The notes beneath the pieces were generated by a model. It worked only from the letters and a program-made list of their open reading frames with translations, was not told where the DNA came from and searched no databases. A DNA stretch of 63,707 nt, the filler included, from Octopus bimaculoides (lineage: Eukaryota): assembly GCF_001194135.2 (NCBI RefSeq). It is 11 parts of 10 records of this genome, joined end to end, with 100 filler letters (N's around TTAATTAATTAA, not from the genome) between each part and the next. Parts side by side here need not be neighbours in the genome. Positions count along the whole stretch, not along the records: positions 51,774 to 56,782 come from NW_026346331.1; positions 56,883 to 58,081 come from NC_068982.1; positions 58,182 to 60,206 come from NC_068988.1; positions 60,307 to 62,460 come from NW_026373122.1; positions 62,561 to 63,707 come from NW_026402391.1; 6 more parts are not named here. The stretch is one strand, 5' to 3'. Numbering within the stretch: the first letter of the stretch is position 1; every line of letters starts with the position of its first letter. Both the position numbers and the translations under genes were made by a program. Below, piece after piece: positions 56,064-63,707 of this stretch.

Positions 56064-56460
56064 TACTCTTTTACTTGTTTCAGTCATTTGACTGCGGCCA
56101 TGTTGGAGCACCGCCTTTAGTCGAAAAAATCGACCCCGGGACTTATTCTTTTGTAAGCCTAGTACTTATTCTATCGTTCTCTTTTTGCCAAACCGCTAAG
56201 TTATGGGGATGTAAACACACCAGCATCGGTTGTCAAGCGATGGTGGGGGAACAAACACAGACACACAAACACACATATACATATATATATATACATACAT
56301 ATGACAGGCTTCTTTCAGTTTCTGTCTACCAAAACCACTCACAAGGCTTTGGTCGGCCCGAGGCTATAGTAGGAGACACTTGCCCAAGGTGCCACGCCGT
56401 GGGACTGAACCTGGAACCATGTGGTTGGTAAGCAAGCTACTTACCACACAGCCACTCCTG
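56064..56460 (-). mobile_element. tRNA-headed SINE, family A
   Basis: Full-length copy matching the family consensus. Confidence 0.85.
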
Positions 56461-58219
56461 TATATATACTTATATATACATACATATATATATATACATA
56501 CATATATGTGTACATATACATACATACATATACATGCATGCATATACATACATGATGGCCGTCCACTCGTGACCAAGGAAGACCATTGCCGACCTTCAGG
56601 AACATTCTGCGCTCTAGTACTAACATTTTGCATTTACGGCTCTGTTGGTGGCTAATGAGCCCTGCTCTTGATAAGCATACACGACTGCAAACATTGCAGA
56701 TTAAGCTTTCCCCATTTACTATATGAGCTGTGCACTTTCGCGCAGCTCGCTTAAATTCTTCATGCTGGATATGTGCTCTCTCNNNNNNNNNNNNNNNNNN
56801 NNNNNNNNNNNNNNNNNNNNNNNNNNTTAATTAATTAANNNNNNNNNNNNNNNNNNNNNNNNNNNNNNNNNNNNNNNNNNNNATCTGTCATTACAGTATC
56901 GAAATGTGATTGTTTCAGTTAGTGAAATAGTTTCATTTTTAAAGTGAAAGTATTTGACATGAGTGTTTTTGTTTCACTTTTAACACGTAATACTTAAATA
57001 GTGGAGGAGATATGATGTTGCTGTGGGCTCGGACTATGCAAGAAGTTAAAAAAAATTTTTGACTAAAACACAACCGGAACCCTAAGTAGGACATGTGTAA
57101 AATTTGAATGAAATTGGTTGTGTAGTTCTCGAGTTTTAGGGAAACACACAGACAGACAGACAGACAGACAGACACACATTCTCATTTTTATATATATAGA
57201 TTAGTCACCGATGACTACAGGCATGAATGAAAAGTATATCCGGTGTACATACATACATACACACATACATACATACATACATACATACATACATACATAC
57301 ATACACACACACATACATACATACATACATACATACATGCATACATACATGCATACATACATACATTTGCTGTTGCATATGCTAAATCATGCACATACGA
57401 ATGTATGTATGAATTCACTTATACTTGTGGAAAAGCATTCATGTATGTAACTCACTGAAATATACATCCACCATGCCTGTATGCAATTGTATTAAGTGTT
57501 TGTTTTCACGTACGTGTATATATTCTTAGAGAATCGAAAGTATGCTGAAGTGTGACGTTTGAGTGGTTTTGGTAATGTGTAATTAAGTGTATAAGAGATT
57601 TAGTTTCTATGTAGACCTGGTAGTACGGTGTGCAGCGACCGAGAAAGAGGTTATAGCTAAAATACTTAGTCAATACCGAGATACGTACACAACAAAGCGC
57701 GACTGACACTCTGAAATAATTTATTCAAGTCTGTGTCCTATTTCTCACGGAATAACAGATCTGGTTTTCTGGTATGCAAACATATTTACAGCGCAACATT
57801 ATGTAGGCAAATAGCAAACATTGTTTTCTTGAGTACAACGTTGGAAGCCTATAAACTAGTACTGTGGGCAGTTGTGAACAATGTAAACTGAGCACTGTGG
57901 CTGCCTCCAGCAACAATCCCGGATTTAACCAGTAGTAATAGTAATATACACTCCATGACTCGCACTTTTAGCGACTTCATGCTAAATACTTTATTACTAT
58001 AGTAGTATATTTTCTTCTACTGTATGAACGACTGAGATTGATTTAGTAACGAGAGCTCTTCTGAAATCCAATACACCTTAANNNNNNNNNNNNNNNNNNN
58101 NNNNNNNNNNNNNNNNNNNNNNNNNTTAATTAATTAANNNNNNNNNNNNNNNNNNNNNNNNNNNNNNNNNNNNNNNNNNNNACATATGTAAACATATGTG
58201 ACACTTATTTAGTAGCCAT

Positions 58220-58280
58220 GATAAAACTCTGAGTTTCAAATGCCAGTATGGGAGCCCACGCCAACATCTCTTCAGTTATC
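58220..58280 (-). ncRNA. Type I hammerhead motif (family A), downstream repeat of PLE unit
   Basis: Minus strand reads gataa-CTGAAGA-gatgttggcgtgggctcccatactggcattt-GAAA-ctcagaGTT-ttatc; stem II partly decayed. Confidence 0.6.
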
Positions 58281-59471
58281 TGGCCAATTGAAAATTCCTG
58301 TGAAAAAGGACCGTTAAAAACAAAGGGAAATTACTGTGTAGTGACAAGGTCAAAACGCGTCTAAAACTGTGTATATTATCGCATGCACGTATATATCCAT
58401 ATACGCATGCACATATCTCTATATACGCACGCATATATCTACATTACGCACGCATCCAAGCGCGCACATAAAAAGTTCCTTGTACGTGTCTATAGGCATA
58501 CAGGAAAAAACAGGGTGGAGGGGAGAAAACAGAAAAATATGTGTGGAAAACACATTAACCCTATAATTATGTAAAAAACATAAAAATAATTAGAAATATT
58601 GAAGAATATTTAAAAATATAAAAAAAATATAAAACCCAAGTAAAAAGGTGAAAAGCTTATACATAGACACAATATAGAAACCTATCAGTACAGTCCCATC
58701 AGCAGGTCCTATCAGTAAAAATATTAAAAAAATTTTTTTAAATATATAAGAAATGTAAGTAATAATTATAGAGAGATAAAAAGCTTAGGGATAGACACAA
58801 AAATAGAAAGCAAGTCCTATCAGTAAACTCAAGGGGACCAAAAACGTAGCAAATATTTGGCCACATGTGGACATGATCCGAAAAGTTCAGTCTTTGAATT
58901 TAGACATGTGGTGAGGTCTAAGCTGCTTTTCCAGATGATCCATCATTCCATATCACAGACCGCACCTTCCGCTGCCGCTGGTGTAAGGTTTACATTTGGC
59001 TAGGATCTTCCAATGGATGTTGTAACTGACACCTTTATCTTTTATAGACCATATATGACTGGATAATTTTGTCCTTTTTCTTTTGTCCCAGTGCTTGAAA
59101 CTCAAAGTGTGATTATTGAATCTGGCCTTGAAATTACCACGTATTTTTTCGTGGAAACTGCGTCCTTAGTTGATATAGAATCTACGGTGGCCTCATAAAT
59201 GGTGGTTTCGGACATGCAAGCTCCATTTAGCGGGCACAAGTTTTTATCTCTGCATGAACAGCTGGCTTCATTTTTCGCCTTTTGTGTGTTGTGTGCGATT
59301 ATGTTCTTAAAATTAGCAGTTGAGCTGAAACTGATTTTTAAGTTATGTCTGTTGAAGATCTTTCTATAATTATGGTTAACTGGAAAGTGTCTGTCTATCA
59401 GTTCCAAGAAGTATCTGCCTATATTAGAGGAATTTATCTGTAAAAATATGTGACACTTATTCAGTAGCCAT

Positions 59472-59532
59472 GAAAAAACTCCGAGTTTCGGATGCCAGGG
59501 TGGGAGCCCACGCCAACATCTCTTCAGTTATC
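59472..59532 (-). ncRNA. Type I hammerhead motif (family A), upstream repeat of PLE unit
   Basis: Minus strand reads gataa-CTGAAGA-gatgttggcgtgggctcccaccctggcatcc-GAAA-ctcggaGTT-ttttc (stem I 4 of 5 pairs). Confidence 0.65.
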
Positions 59533-59569
59533 TGGCCAATTGAAAATTCCTGTGAAAAATGACCGTTAA

Positions 59570-59790
59570 AAGCTTTAAATGTGTTCCTATTGATGAACTG
59601 GCAGGTGACAATAGAATAAACAAATGTTTAACAGGAACCAATGCATATAATTAGAAAATGGAGAAAAACATAGATTAATCAGTTCATGAATAGGAACACA
59701 TTTAAAGCTTGTTTATTGATACAAAGCAACACATTTCTTGCTTTGTATCAATAAACAAGCTTTAAACGTGGTCCTATCAATGTAGTGGTT
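59570..59790. repeat. Compound inverted-repeat cluster including a perfect 29-bp hairpin (59701-59766)
   Basis: 59570-59600 vs 59680-59710 are inverted (30 of 31 match). 59701-29 vs 59738-66 are perfectly inverted with an 8-nt loop. Confidence 0.85.
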
Positions 59791-59794
59791 AATT

Positions 59795-59825
<31 letters not shown>

Positions 59826-59976
59826 ACACATACACACACACACACATACACACACATTTGTATTGAAATATTTTTCATTGATAACTTCTTCACTGTTCCC
59901 AGTTCTGTTAACGGCTGGGCGTTCGGGCGAGTATACTTGGCATTGATGTGGCAACATTTCAAATATTGTCTAGGTA

Positions 59977-60049
59977 AATGCAGCTGATGAGGACTGATCA
60001 GATTTACGTTGTGAAACGTATTTGAAGAGTCTGAAACCGGTCCTGCATT
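59977..60049 (+). ncRNA. Type I minimal hammerhead ribozyme motif (family B)
   Basis: Stem I AATGCAG/CTGCATT (7 bp); CTGATGA 59984-90; stem II GGACT/AGTCT with inner TACGTT/AACGTA hairpin; GAAA 60033-36; palindromic ACCGGT stem III; GUC cleavage triplet ending 60042. Confidence 0.8.
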
Positions 60050-60737
60050 ATCCTTAATCTGGGCTGTACATTTTCGAATGTTCTTCCTACAGGTAAGACA
60101 AATTTTTCATGTTTGTTGCACACACGCATTTTTGCCAGTATATACACAGTGAAGCTATACAATAGCGTCATATTTATATCGATTGCTATTTTCCAGTAAA
60201 TATCGGNNNNNNNNNNNNNNNNNNNNNNNNNNNNNNNNNNNNNNNNNNNNTTAATTAATTAANNNNNNNNNNNNNNNNNNNNNNNNNNNNNNNNNNNNNN
60301 NNNNNNAAATAAAAGATACCTGTCACTCGCAAGCAAGTATGATTTGATAGCGTGCACGTTGCTTTCTCTACTTGTTTGCTAGATGACGAAATAGTCATCA
60401 GGAAACATAGTTACCTTCCCGGCCCTCCTAATATTGAGCCAGTATAACGTCGAAAATGTGGCAGCTGAAAGATGGGCTACACAAGGCTTTCGAGTGGTAA
60501 TCGTTTTCAGCTGTGTACACCAGAACAACGTGAAATGAAAATTGCCTTTCTCAAGGACACGACGCACCGCGTCCAGGAATCAAACCCACAACTTTGTGAA
60601 TTGCGATCCCAGTACATGAGCCACTTGGTCACGCATTTTCACATTGTAGATCACATCTACAATGTTTTTTATTCAAACACCGATATTTGAATTTTATTAG
60701 TAGCTTCATTTTAAATATGCAAAATTATGTCACTTAC

Positions 60738-61086
60738 CAAGGCATTCTCCCACTTCTCCTTTCTCTCCTTTCATTTTAATAACACCATCAGTATCGTTGA
60801 CAAAGACTGCCGGTCCAGGAGGCCCAGGTGATCCTTTCATTCCAATTTCTCCTTTTAATCCTCTGATACCAGGTACACCTGGTTCTCCAGGTATTCCTAC
60901 TCCAAGGTCTCCTTTCGCTCCCTTCTCACCCTTTTCACCATCTCCTGGTAAACCATTTAAACCGGCTTCACCCTTTGGGCCAATTCTTAGAGCACCTGGT
61001 AAACCTATTTCTCCTTTGTCACCTTTACTTCCATGTTTTCCTCTTTCACCTTTCTTTCCTCTTTTACCTGGTGTGCCTATGTTTCC
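60738..61086 (-). CDS. Internal exon of an interrupted Gly-X-Y collagen (multiplexin/XV-XVIII-like or type IV-like): GNIGTPGKRGKKGERGKHGSKGDKGEIGLPGALRIGPKGEAGLNGLPGDGEKGEKGAKGDLGVGIPGEPGVPGIRGLKGEIGMKGSPGPPGPAVFVNDTDGVIKMKGEKGEVGECL
   Basis: Open Gly-X-Y frame on the - strand. ttattag acceptor (ag at 61088-87), gtaagt donor at 60737. 349 bp, phase 0/1. The exact collagen class cannot be fixed from one exon. Confidence 0.9.
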
Positions 61087-61139
61087 CTAATAAAATAATT
61101 TACAGTGTTATATAAATACAGTTTATAAACATTAATATA

Positions 61140-61235
61140 CTTTCAGGTATATAAACCTGAATGAAATTGAGAGAAAACGCAAAGAAGAGGACTTTATTAA
61201 GAAATTTAAACCCACTCTCAACAAACAACGATTGA
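61140..61235 (+). mobile_element. Penelope-like endonuclease extreme C-terminus relic
   Basis: RKRKEEDFIKKFKPTLNK resembles the terminal E-x-x-FI-x-x-FKP-x-LN motif of PLE GIY-YIG domains. Confidence 0.45.
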
Positions 61236-61639
61236 ATTTATCTTACTCGGGGTTTAAAAATCTTATCCCTATAACTAAAACACAAAAAAATCTCTCAAAT
61301 GCCATCATTTCTAAAAATAAACTTGGCATCATTTCTAAAACTAGCCAAACACCTACTGCTGCTGTCCAAAGGAATAGGTATAAAAGACAAAAGAACAGCC
61401 AGTCTGTTACAGTACATCTATAAAAGTATATACTAGTCTTTACATATTTAATTCTCTATATTTAATACTCAATATTTCATATATTCAATAAGACATTCAA
61501 TACTTCATTTCATTTTTATTCAAACACCGATATTTGAATTTTATTCTATATCCCACATTAATTTTATAAGAATATAAATAAAACACAAAAAACAGAGTTG
61601 GAACTCTTTTACATAATATATATATATATATGCATGAAA

Positions 61640-62455
61640 TTTTAATACAATATAAAGTACATAATGGAAGCTAATATGCACAAGTCAAGTTTTGCAACAC
61701 CACTGCATCACATAGGAGAATGACATCGTTTAAATGGCAGCCATTTTCAGTTTCGCACGTCTGTGCTCTTTCCAAAACTTCCACCTCAAGAATTTAAGAC
61801 CCCCACTTCTCTGATTTCTCTATTGATGATCTCCTTCAGTTGCACAAGGGTCTCCGGTTTGTTGACGTAAACTCTCTCTTTCAGGTATCCCCAGAAGAAA
61901 AAAACCCAGGCTAGTCAAGTCTGGGGAAATGGAAGGCCGGTTTACATTGCCATAGCAGGAGATTATTCTCTCTTCAAAGCACTACCGTAGCAACTGCATT
62001 GTTTCTTTTGAGGTATGAGCAGTTGCCCCATCTTGCTGAAACCATGTGTGAGGTCTAATTTGAATGGCCTTTATGTTCCCCACACTTGACTAGCTCGGAT
62101 TTTTTCTAGTGGGGGTACCTGAAAGAGAGGGTTTACGTCAACAAAGTGGGGACCCTGGGCAACTGAAGGAGAATATCATAGATCATAGAGAAATCGTAGA
62201 AGTGGAGTCTGATATTTTTGAGGGTGTTATGGTGGAAGTTTTTGAAAGAGCATGGGTGTGCGAAGCCGAAATTGGCTGCCATTTAAGCAACGTCATTTTT
62301 ATGTGATGTAGTGGTGTTGCAAAATTTGGCTTGTGCATATTAGTTTCCATTATGTCCTTTATATCATATCAAAATTTCATGCATTTATTTGTGAAGTTAA
62401 TGGAGTTATTAAAAATCAAAACACATCAGTGACTTTTGGGGACATTATATATAAT
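61640..62455. mobile_element. Tc1-like relic forming an inverted pair of transposase 3' ends
   Basis: Minus strand WFQQDGATAHT..SPDLT..YLKERVYVNKPETL..QLKE (frameshifted). The same 3' segment lies on + at about 62075-62370. Confidence 0.75.
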
Positions 62456-63707
62456 CATATNNNNNNNNNNNNNNNNNNNNNNNNNNNNNNNNNNNNNNNN
62501 NNNNTTAATTAATTAANNNNNNNNNNNNNNNNNNNNNNNNNNNNNNNNNNNNNNNNNNNNAGTACATAAAAACATACATACATGCTCACTCACACATAAA
62601 CACACACACACACACATACACACACACATACACAAATATATATGCGTACATATTTGCATGTTACGTATGCGCACACAGACACACATGTAAACTCAGAAAC
62701 ACATGCATATACACACAAACATATATATACATATATCTATAGATATCTACATACACNNNNNNNNNNNNNNNNNNNNNNNNNNNNNNNNNNNNNNNNNNNN
62801 NNNNNNNNNNNNNNNNNNNNNNNNNNNNNNNNNNNNNNNNNNNNNNNNNNNNNNNNNNNNNNNNNNNNNNNNNTATATATATATATATATATACATACAT
62901 ATACATGAATGCCTACATGCACACATGCATGAATACATACATACATATATATATATATACACACACTTATATATGTATATATATGTATGTGTGTGTATAT
63001 ATATATGTATATATATGNNNNNNNNNNGTGTGTATATATATATGTATATATATGTATATATATATGTGTGTATATATTTGTGTATGTATATATATGCACA
63101 TATATATAATCATACTCATACGTTATGTGTACATACATTGATACATACATACATAGTTACATACATATATACACATACATACATACACACATACATACAT
63201 CATGTTCACGCATTTTTATATATATTTTGATACACATACACGTATCTAAAATAAAAGTGTTCATAGTTACCCATGCACATATCTGTGTGGTTATATCAAT
63301 TTTATCTCTTGGCTTATTTTCAATATATCATGATATCAGCTCACCCTAATATACCGCTCACACCCATGCACCCGTGTAGCTGTAAACACAAATACATATG
63401 CCTATATACATATATATGCATACATACACACTCACGTACATCCATACAGACATACACACATACATATATACATACACACACATATATTTTATATGTATGT
63501 GTGTGTGTGTATATGCATATATATTTACACATGTGTGTATAATCCTCGGGTTTAGATCCTTCTCTCAACATTCCCTCTCTGTCTGTCTCTCTCTATCTGC
63601 CTTCCTCTCTCTCTCTTTCTTCGTCTTTCTCTCTCTCTCTCTCTCTCTTTCTTCGTCTCTCTCTCTCTCTCTTTCTTCGTCTCTCTCTCTCTCTCTCTCT
63701 TTCTTCG

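Larger units (their letters stand above)
58190..59575 (-). mobile_element. 5'-truncated Penelope-like element: ORF C-terminus (about 59437-58840) flanked by about 130-bp HHR-bearing direct repeats
   Basis: Minus strand NSSNIGRYFLELIDRHFPVNHNYRKIFNRHNLKISFS..SCSCRDKNLCPLNGACMSETTIYEATV..KLSSHIWSIKDKGVSYNIHWKILAKCKPY..CLNSKTELFGSCPH resembles PLE GIY-YIG-region C-termini. Direct repeats at 58190-58320 and 59440-59575. Confidence 0.8.

Noticed and set aside
57680-57712. Minus-strand atttcag|AGTGTCAG.. giving GECL|ECQSRF.. after the collagen exon
   Set aside because: Stop after 13 codons, only a weak donor and no recognisable domain; two contig joins intervene.
60797-61090. Listed plus-strand ORF rich in Pro/Gly/Ser/Phe
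   Set aside because: Antisense shadow of the minus-strand collagen exon.

Overview
Repeat-rich, gap-ridden eukaryotic genomic DNA. The SINE, LINE and microsatellite content points to a coleoid cephalopod, probably Octopus (inference). Ten artificial 100-bp spacers (44N-TTAATTAATTAA-44N) mark contig joins, so order and orientation across them are uncertain. Host genes: (1) four consecutive + strand exons of a PTEN orthologue (19469-26145, human residues ~70-267, intact HCKAGKGR P-loop). The 142-bp and 167-bp exons equal human exons 6 and 7 in length and phase. I could not find exons 1-3 or 8-9. (2) One - strand exon of an interrupted, basement-membrane-type collagen (60738-61086). The rest is tRNA-headed SINEs, RTE/CR1/R4-like LINE relics, Penelope-like (PLE) fragments, mariner/Tc1/pogo/hAT/piggyBac-type relics and simple repeats. 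The main hidden signal is a set of type I hammerhead-ribozyme (HHR) motifs from at least three sequence families, found by hand. Two copies flank a truncated PLE GIY-YIG-type ORF as direct repeats, defining a 1252-nt unit. Two more copies of the same family form a 222-bp head-to-head foldback inside a PTEN intron. A near-perfect minimal HHR lies at 59977-60049. A pair with long, covarying stem II inserts lies at 34779 and 55534. All ribozyme activity is predicted from structure, not demonstrated.
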